Source of the DNA: Pseudomonas aeruginosa PAO1
Lineage (GTDB): Bacteria > Pseudomonadota > Gammaproteobacteria > Pseudomonadales > Pseudomonadaceae
NCBI RefSeq assembly: GCF_000006765.1
Contig: NC_002516.2
Direction: 5' to 3' (one strand)
DNA: 64,000 nt
The translations under genes were made by a program, and so were the position numbers. Within the stretch, counting starts at the first letter, position 1; each line of letters begins with the position of its first letter. A model generated the notes under the pieces. The model was not told the origin of the DNA. It saw only the letters and a program-made list of their open reading frames with translations, and did no database searches. Below are positions 53,007 to 61,346 of the stretch, in pieces.

Positions 53007-54170
53007 ATGCTGACCACCCTGGCGGTGTCCAACTACCGCACCCTGCGCGACCTGGTGATGCCGCTGCGGCGCCTGAACCTGATCACCGGCGCCAACGGCG
53101 CCGGCAAGTCCAACGTCTACCGGGCCTTGCGCCTGCTGGCGGACAGTGCGCGCGGCGAAGTGATCCCGTCGCTGGCGCGCGAGGGCGGCCTGCCATCGAC
53201 CCTGTGGGCGGGACCGGAGGACATCAGCCGGGCCATGCGCAGTGGCGCCCAGCCGATCGAAGGCAGCGTGCGCCGGCAGTCGGTGAACCTGCGCCTGGGC
53301 TTCGCCGGGGAGGATTTCGGTTATTGCATCGACCTCGGCCTGCCGGAGCCAAGCCAGAGCAAGTTCGGTCTCGACCCGGTGATCAAGCGCGAATGCATCT
53401 GGGCCGGCCCGTTCCTGCGCCCGGCCAATGTCCTCGTCGACCGTCGCGGGCCGTTGTTGCGCGCACGCGGCGGCGGCGGTCGCTGGGAAGTGGCGGCGCA
53501 GCACCTCGCCACCTTCGACAGCATGCTGGGCGCGGCGGTGGACCCGCGACAGGTGCCGGAACTGCTCGGCCTGCGCGAGCGGATCCGCTCCTGGCGCTTC
53601 TACGACCATTTCCGCAGCGACGCCGAGGCACCGGCGCGGCGGCCGCAGATCGGCACCCATACGCCGGTGCTGGGCGCCGACGGCGCCGACCTGGCCGCGG
53701 CCCTGCAGACCATCCGCGAGATCGGTGATGCGGCGGCGCTGGACGAGGCGGTGGACGATGCCTTTCCCGGCAGCCGCCTGCACATCGACAACCCGGGAGG
53801 GCGCTTCGAAGTGCTGATCGAGCAGCCCGGCCTGCTGCGGCCGCTGCGCACCGCGGAGCTGTCGGACGGCACCCTGCGCTACCTGCTGTGGATCGCCGCC
53901 CTGTTGTCGCCGCGGCCGCCGGCGCTGCTGGTGCTCAACGAACCGGAAACCAGCCTGCATCCCGACCTGCTGCCGGCCCTCGGGCGCCTGGTCGGCCAGG
54001 CCGCGCAGCACTCCCAGGTGCTGGTGGTGTCGCACGCCGCGCGGCTTGTCGCGACGCTCGAAGAGCACCCGGAATGCCATTCGCTGGGGCTGGAGAAGGA
54101 CTTCGGCGAGACCCGCATCCAGGGGCTGCGCGAGCTGGACCGACCGGCCTGGTACTGGCCGGTGCGCTGA
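53007..54170 (+). CDS. Stand-alone SMC/ABC-type ATPase (AAA_21-like), 387 aa
   Basis: Walker A GANGAGKS, signature LSDGT, Walker B variant LLVLNEPETSLHP, and H-loop VSH. Confidence 0.85.
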   Translation: MLTTLAVSNYRTLRDLVMPLRRLNLITGANGAGKSNVYRALRLLADSARGEVIPSLAREGGLPSTLWAGPEDISRAMRSGAQPIEGSVRRQSVNLRLGFAGEDFGYCIDLGLPEPSQSKFGLDPVIKRECIWAGPFLRPANVLVDRRGPLLRARGGGGRWEVAAQHLATFDSMLGAAVDPRQVPELLGLRERIRSWRFYDHFRSDAEAPARRPQIGTHTPVLGADGADLAAALQTIREIGDAAALDEAVDDAFPGSRLHIDNPGGRFEVLIEQPGLLRPLRTAELSDGTLRYLLWIAALLSPRPPALLVLNEPETSLHPDLLPALGRLVGQAAQHSQVLVVSHAARLVATLEEHPECHSLGLEKDFGETRIQGLRELDRPAWYWPVR

Positions 54171-54174
54171 ACCG

Positions 54175-57100
54175 CTACAGGCGGCCGATCTGTTGCGGCG
54201 ACAACGGTACCTGGCAGCGGGTGGCGGTGCGTGGGTCGAGGTAGTCCCTGAGGAGCGGTGCCATGCCCTTGAGTACCTGCACTGGCAGGGCCGAGGTGAA
54301 CTTGAACTGGCTCGACTCGCTGCCGTCGACGTAGGCGGTGAGGGTACCGAAGTGCCGCGGGCCGATGTAGAAGACGAAAGTGGCGGTGCGGTTCAGTGCC
54401 TTCGAACTGCGCACGTGGCCGCCGGCGCTGAAGGTCTGCAGGCGGTTGTCGCCGGTGCCGGTCTTGCCGCCCATCACCAGTGGCGCGCCGTCCGGACGGC
54501 TGAAGGTGCCTTGCAGGCGCCGCGCGGTGCCGGCGTCGACCACCTGGGACAGCGCGTTGCGCAGGGTCGTGGCGACCTCCGAGGTCATCACCCGCTGGCC
54601 GAGGGTGGCTTCCGGGGCGAAGCGCGTCTCGTAGGGCGTACCCAGGGCGAAGTCGAGGTGCTCCAGGCGCAGGGTCGGCATGCGCACGCCATCGTTGACG
54701 ATGATCCCCATCAGTTCGGCCAGCGCCGCCGGGCGGTCGCCGGAGCTGCCCAGGGCGGTGGCGTAGGAGGGCACCAGGTGATCGAAGGGATAGCCGAGTT
54801 TCTTCCATTGCTGGTGCAGGTCGAGGAAGGCCTCCACCTCCAGCAGGATGCGGATGCGCTTGTCGCGGGCGTTCTTGTGCCGCGACTTGAACAGCCAGCC
54901 GTAGACCTCCTTGCGCTCGGCGCCGCTGGCCGCCACCGCCTCGCCGAAGGTCGCCTGCGGCTGCTTCTGCAGATAGCCGAGCAGCCATAGCTCCAGCGGG
55001 TGCACGCGGGCGACGTAGCCCTGGTCGTTGAGGTTGAACTTGCCCGGGCCGTAGCGCTCGTACAGCTCGGCGGCGCGCTTGTCGGTCAGGCTGCCGCGGG
55101 GCAGGCGTTCGCGGAGGAAGGCGCTGAAGCTCGCCAGGTCGGCCTGTGGCTGCAGGTAGCGGTGGATCGCGGCCAGCCGCACCGGCCAGGGACGCAGGCC
55201 GTCGAGGAAGGTCTCCAGGCGCTGGTTGGCGTCCTTGTCGCGGTACTTGACCCAGAAGCGGCGCAGGTAGACCTGGCTTTCCTTGTCGACGAAACGGTCG
55301 AGGTAGTCGGCGCGGCGCGGGTCCTTGTCGTCGGCCAGCAACTGCACCTTGCTCCCGGCGTTCTGGTAGATATCGTGGCGGATCAGGTCGCGCAGCAGGC
55401 GCACGAAGGGCAGGTTGATCGATTCGCGCAGGGCTTCCAGCAGCATCGGCCGGCGGCCGTTGTCTTCCTTGCGGAAGTTGTTGAAGGTGTGCAGCCCGCC
55501 GCCGGTGAAGAAGCTCTCGTAGGGGCTGGCCGAATAGCGCCGTTCCATGGCCGCCTGGAGCATCGCGGAAAGATCGCGGTCGCGGCTGGCGACCAGGTAG
55601 TCGATGCCCCAGCGGAGGATGAAATCGAGCGGCTCCACTTCCACCTTGCGCAGCTCGGCGACGCTCATGCCGCCATAGTCGCGGTGGATCTGCGCGACGG
55701 TCTCCAGGTAGCTGGCCAGCACCCGTAGCTTGGCGGTGGAGCCCAACTCCAGCTTGCTGCCTTCGTTGATGTCGAAGGGCTGGTCGGTGTTGTCGGTCTG
55801 CACCCGCACCTGGTTGCCGCTCGGCGTACGTTCGAACAGGGTGAAGCTGTAGCGTACCGAGCGGGTCGAGGTCGGGGTCAGCAGGCGTTCGCCGATCAGC
55901 CCGAGCTGGGCGGCGTAGTCCGGGTCGGCGAGTTTCTGCAAGTAGGCGGTGACGCTTTCCTGCAACTCGTGCTGGAGGGTGGTATTGGCCCGCAGGTCGA
56001 GACGGTCGAGGTCGTACAGTGGCACGCCGAGCATCCCGGCCAGGCGGGTGCGAGCCAGGGTCACGCCCTTGTTGGTCGGCAGCGGTTGCACCGTCGGCTG
56101 GCTGCGTGGGTCGCGGAACGCCAGCTTCTGCGCCAGCGCCGCATCGCGTAACGGCGCCTCGATGACGCCGGCCTGGGTCAGGACCCGCAGGTGGCTGTCG
56201 GTCATCCGGTCCAGCTCGTCGCGGCCGCGCGGCGCCAGATAGAAGGAAGGCCGGCGGTGGGCGATCATCAGCGCCAGCACCTGGCGCAGGGCCAGGCCCT
56301 GGGCGGCGAGTCCGGCCTTGCCGTCGAGTGCCTCGCCGACCTGCCGGTAGTCGGCGCCGTACCAGACCCACAGGCCATCGGCCAGGCCGGTGACCTCGCC
56401 GTAGCCCGGCGCCGCCGACAGCGGCACCGAGTTGAGGTAGGTGAGCACGATGTCCTGGCGCGCGGCGAAGTTGGCCGGGCCTTCGCGATAGCTGCGTACG
56501 CTGGCCGAGAGCATCTGCCGCAGCTTGTCGCCGATGCTGCCGGTGCGCCCTTCGGCAGAGTGGCGGTATTTCTCGATCTGGGTCGCCAGGGTGCTGCCGC
56601 CGGAGGAGTGCGCGCTGAAGCCGAGCATCTTGCCGACCTGCGACAGCGCCGCCTGGGTGAAGCGACCCCAGTCCACTGCCGGGTTGAGGTAGGGGCGTTC
56701 GTGATCGAGCAGGTCGCGGTTCTCGATGAACAGCAGGCTCTGCACCACCAGCGGCGGCAGGCTGGCGAAGTTCGCGTAGCGCCGTTGCGGATAGCGGAAG
56801 TCGTAGATCGGCACGCCGCGGCAATCGGCGATGTCCAGCCCGGCCTGGGCCTTTTCCGCGTAGGGCGGGAACAGCCGGTGTTCGGCGTAGCGCATCAGTG
56901 CCGGGGAGAAGTGCGCCTGGCGGGTGATGGCGTAGTCGCGGTCGTACAGGCGCTGCATGAACGAAGGCAGCAACTGGTAGCCGAGGCGGCGGTCGAAGGG
57001 GCCGTCCGCCGGGAACAGGATGGCCTCGCTGGGACCCTGGCGCACCTCGTAGTCCAGGGTCGCGGCATAGCGTGCCAGCTCGCGTGCCTGCAGCCGCGAG

Positions 57101-57270
57101 GTGTGCGCTTCGTGAAGTACCACGATGCCCACCGCGGCGAGGATCGGCAAGGCGAAGCCGATCAGCATCAGGCGTTGGCGGAGACGGCTTTTTCGAGGAG
57201 AAGCGGAGGCAGGGAGACTGCAGGGTTGCAGCTCGGAAGGGTCGTTCGTGGATCGTTCTGATGCACCCAT
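54175..57270 (-). CDS. Atypical class A PBP-like protein (GT51 transglycosylase plus transpeptidase-like domain with large insertions), 1031 aa
   Basis: N-terminal TM; GT motifs IENRDLLDH, GGSTLATQIEK and RQDIVLTYLN; TP motifs STAK, SIN and KTG. Confidence 0.8.
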   Translation of the reverse strand: MGASERSTNDPSELQPCSLPASASPRKSRLRQRLMLIGFALPILAAVGIVVLHEAHTSRLQARELARYAATLDYEVRQGPSEAILFPADGPFDRRLGYQLLPSFMQRLYDRDYAITRQAHFSPALMRYAEHRLFPPYAEKAQAGLDIADCRGVPIYDFRYPQRRYANFASLPPLVVQSLLFIENRDLLDHERPYLNPAVDWGRFTQAALSQVGKMLGFSAHSSGGSTLATQIEKYRHSAEGRTGSIGDKLRQMLSASVRSYREGPANFAARQDIVLTYLNSVPLSAAPGYGEVTGLADGLWVWYGADYRQVGEALDGKAGLAAQGLALRQVLALMIAHRRPSFYLAPRGRDELDRMTDSHLRVLTQAGVIEAPLRDAALAQKLAFRDPRSQPTVQPLPTNKGVTLARTRLAGMLGVPLYDLDRLDLRANTTLQHELQESVTAYLQKLADPDYAAQLGLIGERLLTPTSTRSVRYSFTLFERTPSGNQVRVQTDNTDQPFDINEGSKLELGSTAKLRVLASYLETVAQIHRDYGGMSVAELRKVEVEPLDFILRWGIDYLVASRDRDLSAMLQAAMERRYSASPYESFFTGGGLHTFNNFRKEDNGRRPMLLEALRESINLPFVRLLRDLIRHDIYQNAGSKVQLLADDKDPRRADYLDRFVDKESQVYLRRFWVKYRDKDANQRLETFLDGLRPWPVRLAAIHRYLQPQADLASFSAFLRERLPRGSLTDKRAAELYERYGPGKFNLNDQGYVARVHPLELWLLGYLQKQPQATFGEAVAASGAERKEVYGWLFKSRHKNARDKRIRILLEVEAFLDLHQQWKKLGYPFDHLVPSYATALGSSGDRPAALAELMGIIVNDGVRMPTLRLEHLDFALGTPYETRFAPEATLGQRVMTSEVATTLRNALSQVVDAGTARRLQGTFSRPDGAPLVMGGKTGTGDNRLQTFSAGGHVRSSKALNRTATFVFYIGPRHFGTLTAYVDGSESSQFKFTSALPVQVLKGMAPLLRDYLDPRTATRCQVPLSPQQIGRL

Positions 57271-57460
57271 GCTCGCACCGCCTGTAGCTGCGCAATTCAT
57301 CCGCACCTGGGGGGAAGTCTAGTTGTCCCGCTGCAACCCTGCTGTCATTCGTGCAAGGAAAATCTCCCCGGCGGCAATCGGACGACCGAGGATTGGAGCG
57401 GCGTGGCGCAGGGGTTAGAGTGTCTGTCTGAGTTCCTTGTGTTTCGGGTCCGGAATGTCG

Positions 57461-57664
57461 ATGCGCACACTTTTCTCCCTTCTCGTCGGTGTCGTCCTGG
57501 CGGGTTTCTCCGGCCTCGCGGCGCAGGCCGCGCCGGCGCCCTTCTACAAATGGCAGAGCAAGCTCGACGGTCAGGTCGCCTGCATGCAGACCTCGCCGGG
57601 AGACGGCTGGGTCAGGCTCGACGGCCCCTACCGCGATCTCCGCTGCCGCGAACCCCTGCGCTGA
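57461..57664 (+). CDS. Small secreted protein, 67 aa, with two cysteines
   Basis: Signal peptide ending AAQA|A; mature APAPFYKWQSKLDGQVAC...RCREPLR; host-like codons. An alternative start is 57455. Confidence 0.72.
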   Translation: MRTLFSLLVGVVLAGFSGLAAQAAPAPFYKWQSKLDGQVACMQTSPGDGWVRLDGPYRDLRCREPLR

Positions 57665-57668
57665 CCCC

Positions 57669-57785
57669 ATGCAGCGCAGCCGGCTGCTCGAGCGCAGCTG
57701 GCGCCTGCAAGGCCAGCGCGAAACCGTCCACTCCCGGCTCGGCCGGCCGCTGTCCCTGCTGCTGCGCGCGCGGCCCAGGGAGTGA
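57669..57785 (+). CDS. Possible 38-aa small ORF or gene remnant
   Basis: ATG 4 nt after the upstream stop; G/C at the third position in 36 of 38 codons; no clear RBS. Confidence 0.3.
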   Translation: MQRSRLLERSWRLQGQRETVHSRLGRPLSLLLRARPRE

Positions 57786-58071
57786 ATCCATTCAGCGTTG
57801 GCGGTCCTTACGCCTTTGGTCCAGTTGCCCCATCGCGGGGCATGACGGCCTTGAAATCTTGTGTAAAACTCCGGCCCGACCTCAGTTGTAGTCGACTCCC
57901 GCAATGCCCACGTTCGCTCCACGAGAGCGGACAGCCTCTTCCGGTGTGCAGTCCTGGAACCTATGACGCCCCGTCGTCGCCTGCTGTGCGGTATCGCGCA
58001 GGGGCCGCGCCGTTGGCGAAATCCGCTTCCCTACCCCGACCGCACGAGCGAGTCCGCAACTGATCTATCTC

Positions 58072-58079
58072 AATAACAA
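58072..58079 (+). promoter_or_regulatory. AAnAAnAA Hfq/Crc motif upstream of the permease
   Basis: AATAACAA, 15 nt before the ATG. Confidence 0.5.
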
Positions 58080-58094
58080 AATGAGGTTGTTCCC

Positions 58095-59510
58095 ATGTCG
58101 TCTGTCGGCGAACAGAAGGTTCAAGACGGCTCCCTGAAGCGCGAGCTCGGTGAGCGACACATCCGCCTGATGGCGCTCGGCGCCTGTATCGGCGTCGGCC
58201 TGTTCCTGGGCTCGGCGAAGGCCATCCAGATGGCCGGCCCGGCCATCATGATCTCCTACATCCTCGGCGGCCTGGCGATCCTGGTGATCATGCGCGCCCT
58301 CGGCGAGATGGCGGTACACAATCCGGTGGCCGGTTCCTTCAGCCAGTACGCCAAGGACTACCTGGGCCCGCTGGCGGGCTTCATCACCGGCTGGAACTAC
58401 TGGTTCCTCTGGCTGGTGACCTGTGTCGCCGAAATCACCGCCGTCGCCGTCTACATGGGTATCTGGTTCCCCGACGTGCCGCGCTGGATCTGGGCCCTGG
58501 CGGCCCTGGCGAGCATGGGCACGATCAACCTCATCGCGGTGCGTGCCTTCGGCGAGTTCGAGTTCTGGTTCGCCCTGATCAAGATCGTCACCATCCTGGC
58601 GATGGTGGTGGTCGGCATCGGCATGATCGCCTTCGGCTTCGGCAACGACGGCATCGCCACCGGAATCTCCAACCTCTGGGCCCACGGCGGCTTCATGCCC
58701 AATGGCATCCAGGGCGTGCTGATGTCGCTGCAGATGGTGATGTTCGCCTACCTCGGGGTGGAAATGATCGGCCTCACCGCCGGCGAAGCGCGTAACCCGA
58801 CCAAGACCATTCCCAGCGCGATCAACTCGGTGTTCTGGCGCATCCTGCTGTTCTATGTCGGCTCGCTGTTCGTGATCATGTCGCTCTATCCGTGGAACGA
58901 GATCGGCACCCAGGGTAGCCCCTTCGTGATGACCTTCGAGCGCATGGGCATCAAGACCGCCGCCGGGATCATCAACTTCGTGGTGATCACCGCCGCGCTG
59001 TCGTCCTGCAATGGCGGCATCTTCAGTACCGGGCGCATGCTCTACAGCCTGGCCCAGCATCGCCAGGCCCCGGCCTTCTTCGGCAAGGCCTCGCGCAGCG
59101 GCGTACCGCGCCGGGCGCTGATCCTGTCGATCCTGGCGCTGCTGCTGGGCGTGTTGCTGAACTACCTGGTGCCGGAGAAGGTATTCGTCTGGGTGACTTC
59201 CATCGCCACCTTCGGCGCGATCTGGACCTGGGCGATGATCCTGCTGGCCCAGTTGCGCTTCCGCAAGACGCTCAGCCCGGCCGAGTGCGACAAGCTGCAA
59301 TACCGCATGTGGCTGTACCCGGTCAGTTCCTACCTGGCGCTGGCGTTCCTGGTGATGGTGGTGGTGCTGATGGCCTTCTTCGAGGACACCCGCATCGCCC
59401 TCTACATCGGCCCGCCGTTCATCCTGCTGCTGACCGTCCTGTACTACGCCTTCAACCTGGCGCCGAAGGAGCCTGCCGGCACCGGCTCGGTAAGCCGCGC
59501 GGCGTCCTGA
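58095..59510 (+). CDS. APC-superfamily (AAT) amino acid permease, ProY-like, 471 aa
   Basis: RHIRLMALGACIGVGLFLGS, FGEFEFWFALIK, and AGEARNP. Confidence 0.93.
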   Translation: MSSVGEQKVQDGSLKRELGERHIRLMALGACIGVGLFLGSAKAIQMAGPAIMISYILGGLAILVIMRALGEMAVHNPVAGSFSQYAKDYLGPLAGFITGWNYWFLWLVTCVAEITAVAVYMGIWFPDVPRWIWALAALASMGTINLIAVRAFGEFEFWFALIKIVTILAMVVVGIGMIAFGFGNDGIATGISNLWAHGGFMPNGIQGVLMSLQMVMFAYLGVEMIGLTAGEARNPTKTIPSAINSVFWRILLFYVGSLFVIMSLYPWNEIGTQGSPFVMTFERMGIKTAAGIINFVVITAALSSCNGGIFSTGRMLYSLAQHRQAPAFFGKASRSGVPRRALILSILALLLGVLLNYLVPEKVFVWVTSIATFGAIWTWAMILLAQLRFRKTLSPAECDKLQYRMWLYPVSSYLALAFLVMVVVLMAFFEDTRIALYIGPPFILLLTVLYYAFNLAPKEPAGTGSVSRAAS

Positions 59511-59530
59511 GCGGTGTAGCGCCGGAAAAG

Positions 59531-59559
59531 AAAAGGGGCCTCGGACGAGGCCCTTTTTT
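59531..59559. terminator. Bidirectional terminator
   Basis: AAAAG-GGGCCTC-GGAC-GAGGCCC-TTTTTT. Confidence 0.85.
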
Positions 59560-59589
59560 CGTTGCGCCGATATCCGGTCCGGTGCATCC

Positions 59590-59622
59590 GGCGGATAACG
59601 CCGTTGGCGTTATTCGCCCTAC
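59590..59622. repeat. P. aeruginosa REP element
   Basis: GGCGGATAAC-GCCGTTGGC-GTTATTCGCCCTAC has the same arms as 43154-43185. Confidence 0.8.
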
Positions 59623-59635
59623 CCAGGCTGGGGCA

Positions 59636-60451
59636 TCAGCCCGCCAGCATGCTCAGCATCACCGCCGCCAGCAGGCCGACGTACACCCGTGCATGCAGCG
59701 CATCGGGAATCCGCCCGATCAGCGGGGTCGCCAGGCGGATGCCGAGCCAGCCGCCGCCGGCCAGGGTGGCGAAGGCCAGCAGGTCGATGTAGCCGACGAA
59801 GCCTCGGCCCAGGCCTTGCTCCTGGTAGCCGGCCAGGACCAGGTAGGTAAGGGTGCCGCCAAGAGCCACCGGCAGGCTCAGCGGGTTGGCCATGGAGGTC
59901 GCCTGGGTCATGCTCAGCCCGCAGCGGCGCAGCAGTGGTACGGTCATCACGCTGCCTCCGACGCCGAGGAAGGTGGCGATCGCACCGATCAGCGTTCCGC
60001 CCAGGCGCGTCTCGCCGACGCCCAGCGGCCGCGCCTGGCGCTCCTCGGCGCGGCTGAGGAAGCCGCGACGCAACAGGCAGTCGAGGATGGTGATGGCGAG
60101 GTAGGCGACGAAGGCCAGGCGAATGAAGTCGCCGCTGGCCAGGCCGACCAGCGCCGCGCCAAGCACCGCGCCGACACCGATGTACGCGCCCAGCGGCCAG
60201 ACATAGGCGCGCAGCAGGCTGCCGGCGCGCCGGTGGCGATAGGTGGCGAGGGCGGCGTTGACGATCATCACGCAGGTCGAGGTGGCCACCGCGACCTGCA
60301 TGGCCGCCTGGGCCAGCGGGTCGTCGGCGGCGCGACCGAGTTGCAGCAGGTGATAGAGCAGCGGCACCACCACGAAGCCGCCGCCAAAGCCGAACAACAC
60401 GGCGCTGACCCCGGTGAGGCAGCCGCAGAGAAAGAGCAGGAGATAGAACAT
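59636..60451 (-). CDS. TauE/SafE (TSUP) family membrane exporter, 271 aa
   Basis: GFGGGFVVVP and GVGGSVMTVP repeats. Confidence 0.88.
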   Translation of the reverse strand: MFYLLLFLCGCLTGVSAVLFGFGGGFVVVPLLYHLLQLGRAADDPLAQAAMQVAVATSTCVMIVNAALATYRHRRAGSLLRAYVWPLGAYIGVGAVLGAALVGLASGDFIRLAFVAYLAITILDCLLRRGFLSRAEERQARPLGVGETRLGGTLIGAIATFLGVGGSVMTVPLLRRCGLSMTQATSMANPLSLPVALGGTLTYLVLAGYQEQGLGRGFVGYIDLLAFATLAGGGWLGIRLATPLIGRIPDALHARVYVGLLAAVMLSMLAG

Positions 60452-60508
60452 GGCGGGTTTCCGGAGCGAGAGCGGAAGGCCAGCTTAGGCGTCCCGGGGC
60501 TGGCCCGC

Positions 60509-60545
60509 TTCGCGAGGTTGGCCAATACTATTCGCGTTTCGGCCA
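60509..60545. promoter_or_regulatory. Putative AraC tandem site for the TauE gene
   Basis: TTCGCG-N5-GGCCA (60509) and TTCGCG-N4-GGCCA (60531); candidate -10 TAAGCT on the minus strand at 60487-82. Confidence 0.45.
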
Positions 60546-60557
60546 GATGCTTCGACC

Positions 60558-61346
60558 ATGCGCAACGCTTCCATCGAGCAGTACGACGCCACGCCCCGGG
60601 CCGTGGTGGCCATGGGTACCGACTATCCCGACGGCTACCTGCTGCCGCGCCATCGGCATCGTCGCGCGCAATTGCTGTACGGTGCCAGCGGGGTGATGCA
60701 GGTGCGTACCGGCGACGCCGGCTGGGTGGTGCCGCCACAGCGCGCAGTGTGGATTCCGCCGGGCGTCGAGCACGAGGTGCGAATGCTCGGGGTGAGCACC
60801 CGCAGCCTGTACATCGAGCCCGGCAGCGCCATGGCGATGCCGGCGCACTGCCAGGTGCTGGCGGTGTCGCCGCTGCTGCGGCAACTGTTGCTGGCGGCGG
60901 TGGACATGCCCCTGGAATACGACACCGAAGGTCGCGACGGCGCGTTGGCGACGCTGTTGCTCCATGAGCTGGCGGCAGCCGAGACGCTGCCGCTGCACGT
61001 GCCCTTGCCGCCCGAGCCGCGCTGGCTGGCGCTCTGCGAGGCGTTCCTCGTCGAGCCCGACATCCGCGCCAGCGCCGAACGCTGGGCCGGGTTGCTGCAT
61101 ACCAGCCTGCGCAGTTTCAACCGCACCTTCCGTCGCTACACCGGCCTCAGCTTCGGTGCCTGGAAGCAACGCGCCTGCGTGGTGCAGGCACTGGCGCGGC
61201 TGGCCGGCGGCGAAACGGTCACCGCCATCGCCCTGGACTGCGGCTACCAGAGCCCGGCAGCCTTCTCGACCATGTTCCGCCGGGTCCTCGGCCAGCCGCC
61301 CAGCGCCTTCCAGGCGGGCGCGCTCAGATCGCCAGGAGGTCCATGA
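60558..61346 (+). CDS. Cupin plus AraC HTH regulator (NimR-like), 262 aa
   Basis: [19 protein letters not shown], and [14 protein letters not shown]. Confidence 0.9.
   Translation: MRNASIEQYDATPRAVVAMGTDYPDGYLLPRHRHRRAQLLYGASGVMQVRTGDAGWVVPPQRAVWIPPGVEHEVRMLGVSTRSLYIEPGSAMAMPAHCQVLAVSPLLRQLLLAAVDMPLEYDTEGRDGALATLLLHELAAAETLPLHVPLPPEPRWLALCEAFLVEPDIRASAERWAGLLHTSLRSFNRTFRRYTGLSFGAWKQRACVVQALARLAGGETVTAIALDCGYQSPAAFSTMFRRVLGQPPSAFQAGALRSPGGP

Noticed and set aside
53007-54170. ATPase as part of an anti-phage defence system
   Set aside because: There is no adjacent nuclease, TOPRIM or toxin gene, no mobility signs, and host-like composition. It is kept only as an orphan ATPase.
53879-57922. 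1347-aa plus-strand ORF and similar long ORFs (for example 991-2709, 4278-6491, 12907-15480, 33128-34909, 39649-42369, 45750-49259)
   Set aside because: They lie antisense or out of frame to well-supported genes, are low-complexity Arg/Pro/Ala-rich, and have no motifs. These are expected shadows of high-GC codon bias.
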